The position numbers and the translations under genes were made by a program. This document shows, piece by piece, positions 33,377-45,236 of a DNA stretch of 64,000 nt. The DNA comes from an uncultured Nitrososphaerales archaeon (GTDB lineage Archaea; Thermoproteota; Nitrososphaeria; Nitrososphaerales; Nitrososphaeraceae): contig CAVOHZ010000003.1 in NCBI GenBank assembly GCA_963695855.1, positions 352,001-416,000 on the forward strand. The letters run 5' to 3'. Each line of letters opens with the position of its first letter. Within the stretch, counting starts at the first letter, position 1. The notes under the pieces are model-generated. The model made no database searches. It saw nothing but the letters and a program-made list of their open reading frames with translations, and was not told where the DNA came from.

Positions 33377-35290
33377 TTATGAGTCCTCAACTTTATCTTG
33401 TGATTTTATTTCCAAAGTAAATCCAAATTCGGCGCCTTTTCCATCTTTGTTATTCACACCCCATATCCTTCCACCATGAGATTCAACAATACTTTTTGCA
33501 ATATATAATCCAAGTCCTGTCCCAGAAACTGATTTGGAAGCAAATTTCTGAAAAAGTCTAGGTAGAATATCGGAATGAATCCCTTGACCTGTATCATTTA
33601 TTCTTACAACAGCAAATTCTTTATTTTCTTCTTTGTCATATTCTTTTTCTATCGTTGTTATAATAGTTCCTTCATGTGTAAACTTCACTGCATTTGTCAA
33701 TAAATTATTGACTACTTGATAGATCCTTATCTTGTCAGCAAATACCATGATAGGTTCTTTAGGTTGCAGAAAAATAAGTCTTATTTTATTATTTCTTACT
33801 GAGTCTATACCAATGGTTACATCATTTATTACGTTATTTATTTTTTCAGTCAAGTCAAATTTAGATTTATCTAGTTTTAAAGTTCCCGCTTCAATTCTTG
33901 TAACATCTAACATATCTTCAATGAGTATAGACAATCTTTTTGCATTTCTTTTCAGTGGTTCTAGGTATTTTTTAAAATTTTCAGGAAAGGTGTCTATCAT
34001 TTCGATGAATCCCGTTATCGATTGAGTAGGTGTTCTTAACTCATGCGCTGCTATGTTAATGAACTCTTTTTGCATTTTGTCATGTTGTTTTAATTGTTCG
34101 TTGCTATTTTCTAATAATAAGATTGTACTTTTTAATTCAGCAGTTTTTTTTGCTACTTCTTTTTTCAAGGTATTATTGAACAATCCTTGCATAACGACGA
34201 CAGTAATTACTATAGCTATGGTTAAAATTAAAGATCCCATGGTAAAGTTTTGTTGTTGTGAGATGAGATCATTAACTTCATTAGCAAAAACATGTGGCAT
34301 ACTAAGTACAAGGTAAAATACATTTTGACCATTAATACTAACCGGAGCATATGATATTGTCGACATATTTCCATTTTTATCCATTAAATCTGTATTACCA
34401 TATTTTCCAGATACTATCAAGCCTTTTATTTGAGCTAAAGTTATTGAGTTACCAAGATCAAATTGACTTTGGATAAGCGTCTCGTTTCTTTTGTTATCCT
34501 TTAAAATGTCGTAAAATTTTTCGCTGGCAGAATAAATTATTTTACCATCCCTGTCAAGTATAGCTATTGATGATCTATTTTTTGATGAAAATTGGCTTTC
34601 CATTAGTTCTCCAATTTTAGATATATTTATTGCTGCATATGTTGTACCTATGTAATTTTTTTGAGAGTTTTCTTCTTTTTCTTGATGGTTTCTTACTATT
34701 TCATAAAGATTTTTGGTTGTGTAAGCAGAACTAAAATCTAATAAAGTATTATTTGTGGATGTTGAAAAAATTGGATACGAAATAAACATTGTGGGCACGT
34801 TTAATAAAGAAGATATAAAAGATGTAAAATACACTCCTGATGTGGATCTTACCTGTTCAAAATATTTGCTAAATGCCACCTTAGAACCTAAAAATTTATT
34901 GTAGTCCTTATCATCAATAAAATTAGTTGACCATTTTATATTTCCTGTTTCATCAGTCCATCCGTAGTAAGAAGTCAATTGCTTCGTAGCATCTTGTGAA
35001 GCTTCTAAGATTGTTATTGAGGTTAATTTATTTCCTTTAAGTGCAGGAGTATTGCTCAATAGATAAAGTTGGCTAGAAACATCTTCTAAGCGGTAAGTGA
35101 TAGCTTCTGCTAATTGCTTCGTCTGACTGTCTAGATTTGTTTTAATATTTTGTACTGCAATAGTGTCTATCCTAATAGCATTATTTAGAAAGAATGAATA
35201 CGTAGAAATGGATGTAAATAGCAACATCATGGTAATTACGAAAATAAGAAATCGAACAGAAGAGACAGAGTTAAAAAAAGAAAAAGCCAT
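33377..35290 (-). CDS. Membrane sensor histidine kinase with extracellular Cache-like domain
   Basis: Two TM helices; FINIAAHELRTP, NLLTNAVKF, DTGQG, GTGLGL. Confidence 0.95.
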   Translation of the reverse strand: MAFSFFNSVSSVRFLIFVITMMLLFTSISTYSFFLNNAIRIDTIAVQNIKTNLDSQTKQLAEAITYRLEDVSSQLYLLSNTPALKGNKLTSITILEASQDATKQLTSYYGWTDETGNIKWSTNFIDDKDYNKFLGSKVAFSKYFEQVRSTSGVYFTSFISSLLNVPTMFISYPIFSTSTNNTLLDFSSAYTTKNLYEIVRNHQEKEENSQKNYIGTTYAAINISKIGELMESQFSSKNRSSIAILDRDGKIIYSASEKFYDILKDNKRNETLIQSQFDLGNSITLAQIKGLIVSGKYGNTDLMDKNGNMSTISYAPVSINGQNVFYLVLSMPHVFANEVNDLISQQQNFTMGSLILTIAIVITVVVMQGLFNNTLKKEVAKKTAELKSTILLLENSNEQLKQHDKMQKEFINIAAHELRTPTQSITGFIEMIDTFPENFKKYLEPLKRNAKRLSILIEDMLDVTRIEAGTLKLDKSKFDLTEKINNVINDVTIGIDSVRNNKIRLIFLQPKEPIMVFADKIRIYQVVNNLLTNAVKFTHEGTIITTIEKEYDKEENKEFAVVRINDTGQGIHSDILPRLFQKFASKSVSGTGLGLYIAKSIVESHGGRIWGVNNKDGKGAEFGFTLEIKSQDKVEDS

Positions 35291-36488
35291 AGTAAATTTA
35301 AAAAGTTAGTATTATTAAATAGTTTGTGATATAATTTTCATCATTTTTTTCGATTATTGAGATTGAGGTAAGCAAGAAAAAATTCATGACATGATAATAA
35401 TGATTAATAATGAGTAATAGAAGTAGGTGCTTATGAATATACTGGTTGTTATTGATTTTTGAAATTTCGTTTTTATATTTTTAACAAACTAACACATTAA
35501 AATAATCACGTTCCTTTTCTAACCATGGCTTCTTATACTGCTTTAATAATAGAATATGTTATTAAACCGGTATTGCAAAATTATAGATTCAGTTCTCAGA
35601 ATTTCTATTTACAAGTATAAAAAGTATATTGAAATAGTTTTATCATTTGCTACTACCATTTGAATGAGAAATGTTAGTTTACTTAAATTCGTGTTCCTTT
35701 GTGATTATATTTTATAGATTGATTCTATTTAAATAATAATAATTATTTTCAAAACAAAGTATAGTTTTGTGTATTACTTATTTAAGAAATAAAGGCCATC
35801 ATTAAACGGATGTCTCTAAAAGAACCTATCGATCAAAGTAAATATTTCTAGAAATTTCAAAAGTAACATCAAAATATATAGAGTAGATCTATTAAAGAAT
35901 GCTTATTTTGCTATAATTGCAAATATTGGATTGATACTAATGGCGGAAAATTCATGTTGGTTGATGAAGATGATGTTTTGATGTAATGGGTAAGTTTTCC
36001 AATGTAATAGATCCTCACGGATGTTGTGCAGGATACGAAGCAGATGAGAGCAAAATACAAGATACTAAATTGCAGCAAAATTATAGTTCGAATAAACTAG
36101 TCAATTATGTTTGTGTATGAATGGAGTGTGCTTAGTTAAGGTATCACATTAGCTTGCAGAGCTTGCCAACCATTCTGATAATGCAACTCATTTATCGTAT
36201 CAACATGATAATTTAGATTATTTCAAATTCAACATGGTTAGAATTTTTTCAATTAAATTGGATCTATAAAATTAAGATTTCCTGTTAAAAATCCCAATAA
36301 TAAAAAGTCTGAGAGCGGGTCAGATATTATATGAATACAAGCATGTTTATACAAATTCTTCTATTAGCAGAAATTGGCCTTGCGCAGATTATTTTTAAAC
36401 TAAAATTGAGGAAAATTAGCTGTATACTAAAATCAATTCAATAGATAATACTTTTATGGAAGTACATCATACTATATAAGAGTTTCAA

Positions 36489-36914
36489 ATGTTTTCACCT
36501 GAAAATAAGGTTATTTTAATGGTGGATGATGAATTAGATATTTTGGAATTATTTGGGGAATGTTTGAAATCGGAAGGTTACAATGTACAACTTTTTGCTG
36601 ACCCTGCAGAACTTTTAGAATACTTATGTGATAATCCCAAATGCTCACTTGTGATAACAGATTATAAAATGCCTAAAATGGGTGGAATAGATTTGATAAA
36701 AAAAATCAGGGAGATTGAAAAAGGGTTTGAAATAAAAATAATATTAATTAGTGCGTTCTTAGAACAAGGCATCACTGACAACTATGATAGTAATGAATTA
36801 GAAAGTCTAAAGATTGATAAAATTTTAGAAAAGCCGATAAAGATTAACGAATTAACAAACATAGTAAAAAAATTGGTTGAGATTGAAGAACCAGTAATGA
36901 ATCCACTGAAGTAA
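36489..36914 (+). CDS. Single-domain response regulator
   Basis: ILMVDDE, ITDYKMPKMGG, ISA, EKP. Confidence 0.95.
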   Translation: MFSPENKVILMVDDELDILELFGECLKSEGYNVQLFADPAELLEYLCDNPKCSLVITDYKMPKMGGIDLIKKIREIEKGFEIKIILISAFLEQGITDNYDSNELESLKIDKILEKPIKINELTNIVKKLVEIEEPVMNPLK

Positions 36915-36947
36915 TAAAAATACGAGAAATGATCGTTATAACATCGA

Positions 36948-37667
36948 TTTTATTGTTTATATCTAGCTCAATTATAGGAATTTTGTTGTTTATATCTAGC
37001 TCGTTTTCAGCGGTATTTTTCGAGAAACATCAAATTTTGTTGTTTATACCTGGCTGATTTTTAGTCGTACTTTCCATCAAACACCAGTTAAAAAGCATAG
37101 GTGCAAAAGTCTAACCTCCTATCGCCTTCTACCAGAAATAGAAAGAAATAGTTGTGAGCTTTAGCTGTTATTTACTCTATATTTTTTACAGAATTAAAAA
37201 TATAATAAGCTATTATAAAAAAACATGAAAGCTTTTATTCTATTTATTATGTAAAATTATATTCATTTCATTTTTATTTTATTTATTTTGTTTGGTGTTA
37301 TACATTTAGCTATGAATGGTTAGAAATTGTCATATTTGGTCCTATATTCCTATAAAAACAAGCGTATTTTTCTCAATTACTGGTTTGTTTGCCCCGTCGT
37401 TTTAGTGAAAGTTCTCTTTCACTTTTCATATTTAAACCAGATTTATCAATATAATGCAAATCACTAAAAAATGATCCATATGAAAATCTAACTTCAATGT
37501 ACTCCAAAAAAGGAAGCGAAGATTGTATTCAATCTCTTACTTCCTATTCTAGAAAATTTAGAGTAACTAAGTACGATGGTTCTAACTCTTTCAATTTATA
37601 CGGTTTTTAATTGGTGTTTCATGGAAAGTACGACTAAAAATGAGCCAGGTATAAACAACAAAATTCC
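36948..37667. repeat. Three tandem degenerate copies plus one inverted copy of a repeat starting TTTTGTTGTTTATAYCTRGCT
   Basis: Direct copies at about 36948 (partial), 36981 and 37035; about 65-bp near-perfect inverted copy at about 37603-37667. Confidence 0.85.
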
Positions 37668-38538
37668 AACAATAACAATGAAGAAAACTTTTTTATGATT
37701 TCTGGGTAAAAACCATTTTCAAAAACATTGAAGTATACAACATCACCAAAGAATTACTAGCACTATTGTTATTGTCGCTGTCTAATCCATGTCAATGATT
37801 TGATATCAACAGATTACTGTTTCTGATAGCATAACAACTCTATCTTTTCAATGAATTATGAGCTGACTCATCCTATAATAATCATCTTCACCATGTAGTC
37901 TTTTAGTTTTAAAATTATTATCAAGAATACTAGTTTTTCCAGTTTTGTTAGACACTTTGAATACAAGATTTTATGTAAAAATGCATTGAAAAATTATCAT
38001 CTATTAACGAACTAACCATAAAGAAACGAAAATGCATAAGATTTTAAGATAAGTATACCTATTAATCGCTGCAACAGATTGACCTGAAAGTCGTATAAGA
38101 CAATAAGAAGGAATTTGTTTGATATCCATTCTTGACGATTATAGTACGTGTATGTTATAATATGCTAAATGTAATCAAGATATAACATAAAATGTTATCA
38201 ATCTGGTAAAACATGCAATTGAATAGAATTGAAAACCATTACACATAATGACTGATGATGATTCACAGTTTTACAATTGCTATTCAAAATTGAAATCAGA
38301 TTTTCATTTATTTTGAGATAAACTCATACATGGCATATTATTGATAGAACTGTAAAACCTACTACTATTTTGATATATCTAGAAACCTGATGTCGTATAT
38401 ACATCGTAAAATAGCGCTATTCGAAAGATATGATCAATTTATTAAAACCTGGAACAATAAGGGGGTACATATAATTAAACTTTATGACAACGACAACATA
38501 AGATCTCCAAAGATATCTAAAAATTCGGTGGCATAATC

Positions 38539-41427
38539 TTATAGAATGAGCGATGCTTTTTCTAAAATTTCATTCAAGTTTTGTTTATTTGCCATCAGGT
38601 CGTTCCACGGATTATATGTGTTAGTATTTAATATATCAGGAACATGGAGAAGCATAAAATTTGTTGGATCCACATCTAAAAGATCCTCCCATCTAACAGG
38701 AAAAGACACTGCAGCAGATTCTACAGGACGTGGGGAAAAAATCGATGCTATTGTTTTCCCTCTACTATTTTGATTATAATCAAAGAATACCTTACCACTC
38801 CTTTTTGACGTGTCCCATTCCGTAGTTATTTTTTTTGGGTAGCGCCTGGTCATACTCCGAGCTATTACTCGTGCAAATGATCTTGTCTGGTCATAAGTAT
38901 ACAAATTATCTATAGGAACGAAAATGTGTATTCCTGTTTTGCCCGAAGTCTTCACATATGATTTTATTTTCAGATCATCAAATAATTTTTTTAAATCTAG
39001 TGCCACCTCAGCTGTTGCTTGAAACCCTTTAAGACTATATTCAGGCTCTTTATGAATTGTAACATTACCTTGCACGTTTAAATATACATAAGGATCTAAA
39101 TCAAAAATGATAAAATCCGGAAAATTTAAACTACATTTTTCTGGGTATAACAATCCGTCATTTCCCTCTGCATATCCAAAGTCGGTGATTCTACTATACC
39201 ACGGGTGAATCTCTATACAGCCTAAATTAGCTAACCAAAGAAGAGTTTCTTTGTTGTTACACAAAACATAGTTAATAATACCACCATTTTCAGATTCAGA
39301 ATATATTTTTACTGTCCGTACAAAAGAGGGTTTATTTTGATCCCAATTTTTCTGATAAAATGATTTTCCTTTAATTCCATCAGGATATCTACTTAGGCTT
39401 AGTGGTCTGTCTATAAGATAAGGTAAAATATATTTACTAATTTTATCATAGTATTCAATCAAATCTTTTTTTGTAATTTGTCGATGAGTTGATGTTTTAT
39501 TCCAATACACTTTATTGAGATTTGAGAAATAAGAATAGGCATGATCATTAAAGACACTACGATTGTTTTTCTCCGTATTAATCCGAATGTTAGTCTTTTT
39601 ATTCTCGCTTAATCCATATTCGATCGTTGATTCTATTAGTTTTTTTGTATATCTTTCCTTTTCTATAAGACATTCTTCAGGTTTTTTATCTTCTCTAAGT
39701 CTCAAAAAGATAGGAGATTTCATTATATTATCTTTTGTCCAATCGCTAAATTTTATTTCTGCTACAATTTCTGGTTTTACCCATATAGTATCTCTGTTAG
39801 TATAAGGAACATAATCGATAGGACATCTTTCTGTTATTAGATTTTGTAGTTTTTCATATATTTGTGGCAGAGTTATAGAATCAAATCCACTTCCAGTATG
39901 TCCAACAAACTGAAATTTACCATCTGTGTGTCTAACCGCAAGTAAAAGTGATCCAAAGTATTTTTCTCGAGTCCCTTCACCCCTATTAAAACCTATAATT
40001 ACGCAATCTTGAGTTCTGATATGTTTTATTTTTAACCAATCGTGAGATCGTTTGCCTTGCATGTATTTACTTGATTTGTTTTTTGCTATCAGACCTTCCA
40101 AGCCCATACTTTTGGTAGTTTCATAAACTTCCTCACCAATTTCTTTAATAAAATCCGAAATCTTGATTCTAGTGTTTTCGCCAACAGTCTTAGACAAAAT
40201 TTTTCGTCTTTCCAAAAAAGGCATGTTCTGTAGGTTTGTTCCATTAAGATAAAGAATATCAAATAGATAATAAGTTGCTGGGATTTGTCTGGATAGGTTT
40301 TCAATATCCCTTTCATGGTCAAGATTCATTCTTTTTTGATGGTTCTGAAAATTCGGTAGTCCTGTTATGTTATCTAACACGACAATTTCACCATCAAAGA
40401 TTCCTGATTTACATCTTAAAACAGACTGTGTGACAGATTCTCTTGAAACTGGAGATTTTAATGCGCCTACTATTTCTGGATACCTATGAGTAATTATATT
40501 ACCACTTCGCGATTGTAATTGAACTATTTGGTTTGGATTGTCAATAAACATGATAGAACGTATCCCGTCCCATTTTATTTCAAAGACCCATTCTTTATTG
40601 TTAAAGGGACGATTTACCAATGTACATAACATTGGTTTAATTTTTGAAAATTTATCTAACTGATTTTTATGATCAGTTTCCATTTTTTGAGATGAAGTCC
40701 CTGATTTGACTACCGTTTTTAAAGGTAATTTTTTACTCTGAAATGTCTCTTTCAGTTGTAGTCGTCCATTCTGGTTCCTTTTATCTTGCTTGTCTCTCTC
40801 TGTTTTTAATACTCTGGACAAAACAGATCCTGATCTAGTCATAGTTGAATCTTCTTTACCTACTAACTCATCAGTGGCTTTGATTAGAAGCCAATGCCTT
40901 CCTTCTTTTTCAGTCTGTAGATTCATTCTCACTAGATAAAATTTTCCCTTTAATTTCTGACCTGATAGCACAAAAGTAATATTCCCTTTTTTGAATTGTT
41001 CTGATATATCAGATTCAGATATGAAAGTTCCGCTATCCCAAATGATAACAGACCCTGCCCCGTATTCTCCTTCGGGGATCAAGCCTTCAAAATATAAATA
41101 TTCCAGTGGATGGTCTTCTGTTAGAACTGCTAGTCTTTTTATTTTTGGGTCGAGTGAAATCTCTTTTGGTACTGCCCAGGATTTTAGTACACCTTCTTTT
41201 TTATCTTCTAATCTAAAATCATAATGCAATTTTCTAGCATTGTGTTTTTGTACCACGAACCTAGGAGCTTTATTCTGTTTTGATTTTTTTTGATTTCCTT
41301 TCGGTTCAGATGTTTTATCAAAATTTCTTTTTTTATTATATTTTTCTAATATTTTAAGATCACCATTAAACCCCAGAAAAATAGTGCCATTAAATTGCAA
41401 AAAGTAACAAAAATCAGGATGAAGCAC
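38539..41427 (-). CDS. ligD: Multifunctional NHEJ DNA ligase D (phosphoesterase-ligase-polymerase)
   Basis: PE: FVVQKHNARKLHYDFRLE, SWAVPK, EDHPLEY. LIG: EIKWDGIR, DGEIV, EGLIAK, WLKIK. POL: RYPDG, FDLDP, KTSGKTGIH, DYNQNSRGKT. Start position uncertain. Confidence 0.96.
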   Translation of the reverse strand: MLHPDFCYFLQFNGTIFLGFNGDLKILEKYNKKRNFDKTSEPKGNQKKSKQNKAPRFVVQKHNARKLHYDFRLEDKKEGVLKSWAVPKEISLDPKIKRLAVLTEDHPLEYLYFEGLIPEGEYGAGSVIIWDSGTFISESDISEQFKKGNITFVLSGQKLKGKFYLVRMNLQTEKEGRHWLLIKATDELVGKEDSTMTRSGSVLSRVLKTERDKQDKRNQNGRLQLKETFQSKKLPLKTVVKSGTSSQKMETDHKNQLDKFSKIKPMLCTLVNRPFNNKEWVFEIKWDGIRSIMFIDNPNQIVQLQSRSGNIITHRYPEIVGALKSPVSRESVTQSVLRCKSGIFDGEIVVLDNITGLPNFQNHQKRMNLDHERDIENLSRQIPATYYLFDILYLNGTNLQNMPFLERRKILSKTVGENTRIKISDFIKEIGEEVYETTKSMGLEGLIAKNKSSKYMQGKRSHDWLKIKHIRTQDCVIIGFNRGEGTREKYFGSLLLAVRHTDGKFQFVGHTGSGFDSITLPQIYEKLQNLITERCPIDYVPYTNRDTIWVKPEIVAEIKFSDWTKDNIMKSPIFLRLREDKKPEECLIEKERYTKKLIESTIEYGLSENKKTNIRINTEKNNRSVFNDHAYSYFSNLNKVYWNKTSTHRQITKKDLIEYYDKISKYILPYLIDRPLSLSRYPDGIKGKSFYQKNWDQNKPSFVRTVKIYSESENGGIINYVLCNNKETLLWLANLGCIEIHPWYSRITDFGYAEGNDGLLYPEKCSLNFPDFIIFDLDPYVYLNVQGNVTIHKEPEYSLKGFQATAEVALDLKKLFDDLKIKSYVKTSGKTGIHIFVPIDNLYTYDQTRSFARVIARSMTRRYPKKITTEWDTSKRSGKVFFDYNQNSRGKTIASIFSPRPVESAAVSFPVRWEDLLDVDPTNFMLLHVPDILNTNTYNPWNDLMANKQNLNEILEKASLIL

Positions 41428-41778
41428 AATAAATGATAAGATTTCTTATAATCGAAATAGATAGTAGTCAGATAGTGATTTCTTTTGCCAGATATGTTTT
41501 TCGAGATGAACATATTGTTAATCGATGTCACTATTCGATATCTCATTGTATCTTGAATATCTGTCAAAGATTTCACCAAATCTATCCTTCATTTCCCTCC
41601 TATTGAATTCAAAATAAAATTTTGAATGATGTGTCAATGGTATTTTTTACCTATTCCATTTGCATTATTGGAAGTTTTTTATGATTTGTTTTTGTTATCA
41701 TGCCATGTGTTTTTTTTTGCTGGTGATTCGTATTATCATTTTACAATATGTATCTTCGTTTCTAGTATTTGATTATTC

Positions 41779-42612
41779 TCATCTGGTTTTTGATTTCTGT
41801 TTTACATTGATACTGGCTTTAAGAGCCTCAAGTAAATCCGTAGTTTCTTCCAATCTTTCTTCTTTGGCAGCTTTAAATTTTTGTCCCTTTGATTTTGTTT
41901 CTATTAATTTTTCTAATTCTGCTAAGTAGGCGTCTGAATATTTTCCCATATCAAATCTCTCACTTGTGAGATTTTCGACTAGAGTTTTTCCTAAATTTAA
42001 TTCTCTTTCGTCGACTGTAGGTTGTGTATTAGCAGAAATGCCCTGAATCTCATCCATTGGCCTTATCTCGTCAAGATATTTTAGCTGATGCATAACAAGA
42101 CCTCTCTGATACGGTCTTAATGCAACAAGGTGTTCCTTATCTTTTAAAACAACCTTCCCTATCGCAATTTTATTGGTTTCATTGAGTATTTTAACAAATA
42201 AAGAGTATGCTTTATTCGTAATAGGTGGTAAATTTGACTTGTTCCTCTTATTCCTTCCATTGTCAGGACCGATGTAATAATTTTTCTCTATATATAGCGG
42301 ATCTAAATCATCTGAATTTATAAACTCGCTGATATCTATTGTATGAGTTGTTTTCAATTTAATTTTTTCCAGATCCTCCTTTTCCAAAATTACGTAATTA
42401 TCTTTAGAAATTTCATAGCCTTTTTTTATTTCGGTCCATGGAACTTCTCGTTCTTCTACAGGACACCATTTTTTGTACCTAATTCTGTGTCCCTTTTCAT
42501 CTAGTTGGTTAAAAGAGGAGTACTCTTCTTTTTGTGTAGCTACAAAAACTTGTACTGGTATATTTACTAACCCAAAGGATATACTTCCTTTCCATAAAAT
42601 TCGGCTAGCCAT
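41779..42612 (-). CDS. ku: Ku DNA end-binding protein
   Basis: LWKGSISFGLVNIPV, KGYE, YIEKNYYI, YSDAY, DLLEALKASI. Confidence 0.96.
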   Translation of the reverse strand: MASRILWKGSISFGLVNIPVQVFVATQKEEYSSFNQLDEKGHRIRYKKWCPVEEREVPWTEIKKGYEISKDNYVILEKEDLEKIKLKTTHTIDISEFINSDDLDPLYIEKNYYIGPDNGRNKRNKSNLPPITNKAYSLFVKILNETNKIAIGKVVLKDKEHLVALRPYQRGLVMHQLKYLDEIRPMDEIQGISANTQPTVDERELNLGKTLVENLTSERFDMGKYSDAYLAELEKLIETKSKGQKFKAAKEERLEETTDLLEALKASINVKQKSKTR

Positions 42613-42689
42613 TATAATTATATTTAGTCTACAAACCTTAAAAGGCTATAATTTCTCTTAAAGAGGATTCAGTGCTGACTATGATGTAT

Positions 42690-43052
42690 GTACTAGTTTT
42701 TATAGACGAAATTAACGGATTTATGCCGAAATCCTTCCATGACAGACTCAATGCAGTCTAGGAACAGATTATGAAAACATTAATTGCTGGAAAATCACGA
42801 GATACCATATTATTTTCAGGTCAGCAATTTAAGAGTCAAACCGATTACAGACTGCAAGAAAATATTGGGTTACATATAATAGCAAAACTTGGCGATTCGG
42901 AATTGTGCAAACAACCATATTCAATGATTGATAAAAGTACCAAGACAAATATCAGTAGATCAAATAAAGGAGAATTGGTTATGGTCGATTCATCCTTTAG
43001 ACATCCGATAAAAATCAGATTTCCTCCACAAATTTTTAAAAAACAATTTTAG
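42690..43052 (+). pseudogene. C-terminal remnant of a HerA-like/DUF87 ATPase
   Basis: VLVFIDEINGFMP (Walker B), TAG at 42759-42761, GKSRDTILFSGQQ, KGELVM..FRHPIKIRFP. Confidence 0.65.
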
Positions 43053-43789
43053 TTTTGAATTTACATCGAAAGTTGACGTACGGATTCGTAAGATTTCAAA
43101 GTATCAAGAATGATAAATCACTTTTCAATTATTAAAAAGATATCAATTTAAAATTTTATGTAGTAGTGTAGGAATTTATTGTATTTTAATTAGGCCTTGT
43201 AATCTTACAAGCGTAATTAAATAGTATTCACAACTAGGAAAATAAATAAAGTTTCATAAACAAAATTTATAAATTTTTAATTTAAACGATTCCGATCTAA
43301 ATAGGACAAGTACGTGATTCACAGGGTATGAAGATATATAATTTGTTTTGATTTGGGTTAGATTCTCCATATGCTAGAGAATTGATTTCTTGTAAATTTT
43401 GTTTATTGCTTTTTATGTAAATTATACGAAAGGATTGACACTGTTTTCATTTCGGACCGAAGGCAATTAATTCTATCAATATAAATTACCTATTTCAAAA
43501 AAACTGATATTGAGTACAAATAAATAAAAAATTTTATCATGAACGGTATAAAAAAAAATGTGGTTCGATTTAATAGATATTTGAATTATTTATCTTCGTG
43601 CAAAGATTCACTTTAACATTAGTTGAGTATATTTTTAAAATAAATTTCAATTATATTAATCTAATGATCCTTAAAATATTTAATTCATTTTTACTAATTA
43701 GAAAGTAACGACCACATATTCTAATTTTACCTTGTGAATTTCATTTTAGTATAGTTATACCTTAGTGTTCTAAAAGTGCCTTGAATTTG

Positions 43790-44023
43790 TCAACTTTTCT
43801 TTTCAAAACCTTTCAGTTCATTTGATATATTATTAAACCTGAAATTTTCAATACGATTTATCTCTTTGTCGAACCATTCTTCTACCTCTAAAGGATTCTC
43901 CTTAATTCTCGATTTTATATATTGCAACTCATCAATTCTATTGTTCTTCAACCCTTCTGCAAAAGGAAGATAAAAAGAAATAGCAGATTCTACCATCCTC
44001 TGCATAAATATTTTATTGAACAT
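43790..44023 (-). CDS. Small hypothetical protein
   Basis: 77-aa ORF with plausible composition. Confidence 0.4.
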   Translation of the reverse strand: MFNKIFMQRMVESAISFYLPFAEGLKNNRIDELQYIKSRIKENPLEVEEWFDKEINRIENFRFNNISNELKGFEKKS

Positions 44024-45236
44024 TTATTGGAACTCCTTTACAATCATTTGAAGTATCGTTGTATAAAATAAATGATTAGCCATAACATTATTTGTACAAC
44101 ATCATATAATAAGCTCAAAAAAAATGGAAATTTCAGTAAAGGTGTCTAGAATAAAATTTAGTAAGCTATATTATTCCAAATAGGAATCTCAGAAGTAATA
44201 CTAACACTATTATTCCGACAACAACTGATATTAGGGTCCAAATCATATAAATATATTAAGACTTCATAGAATATAATGATTTATATCCTTTTCTTGGAAA
44301 TTAATTACCTCGATTCTATTTTTGTTGATACTCGATGTAGAATTAGAATGAAAAACAGGATGAAGCAAATATGTTTACCTTCTAATGTTATGTAATCGAG
44401 CAGATAATACAAATCGAGAGATGTCGAGAAAATGTCTGTCTTTGACAGCCTTAAACCCTAATAAGGTATGATGTCTAGAATGTTTCCAACCTACCAAAAG
44501 TGGCAAGGGATACTTCAAATGTTTTTCGCAAATGGATTACCATTTGGGGTATTTATTAACTGTAATATATTGTTATAGTAAAAAATCGTATTACATAAAT
44601 AATTTTATCATCTGTATATTCTGTAGATTTTCATTTAATGGTCAATTAGTATCAAGGAATTCAAGCCTGATGTTGTCAAGGGATTATGTTACGATAAATA
44701 TCATTTACTTGCAAGCACATTTTTTGTACAAATTCCTATTGGAATCGAGGTTCGTTCTCCTACATTTACGGTTTTCGATAGTGCTTTAATTATGAATTTC
44801 CCGAGATTGGATAATCTTATTTGAGGTCTGCCAGTCGTCATGATTATCTAAAGTCTTTTTATTACTATTGTTATATTAACAATTACAGGAAGCCTTCACT
44901 ATAGTGATTAATTTTGTTATTTGTTTTATTAAATATTACATTCATATATTATACACATGTTATTGTTGTAATATTTGATTTTCCAAGTCCTGAACTCTAT
45001 TGCCTTAACCGTTAACAAATTTACATTTCCATTACATGCTTATTTACATTCAATCTCATAGCTATAACCAATGATAGTTAATATTGATTTTATGATCCGT
45101 TAACGGTTATTTTCGAGGAGTACTAATATTATTTTGCTTTACATTTTATTCCAATTCCCTTAAAGATATATCCTTGATTTGGTTTTTATAATTCTGCTGA
45201 ATATATTCCCGTTTTAAATTTGATCCCTCACTCTTG

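Noticed and set aside
36948-37098. Possible CRISPR array from the repeated TTTTGTTGTTTATA unit
   Set aside because: Intervening sequences are homologous to each other and irregular in length, and an inverted copy exists.
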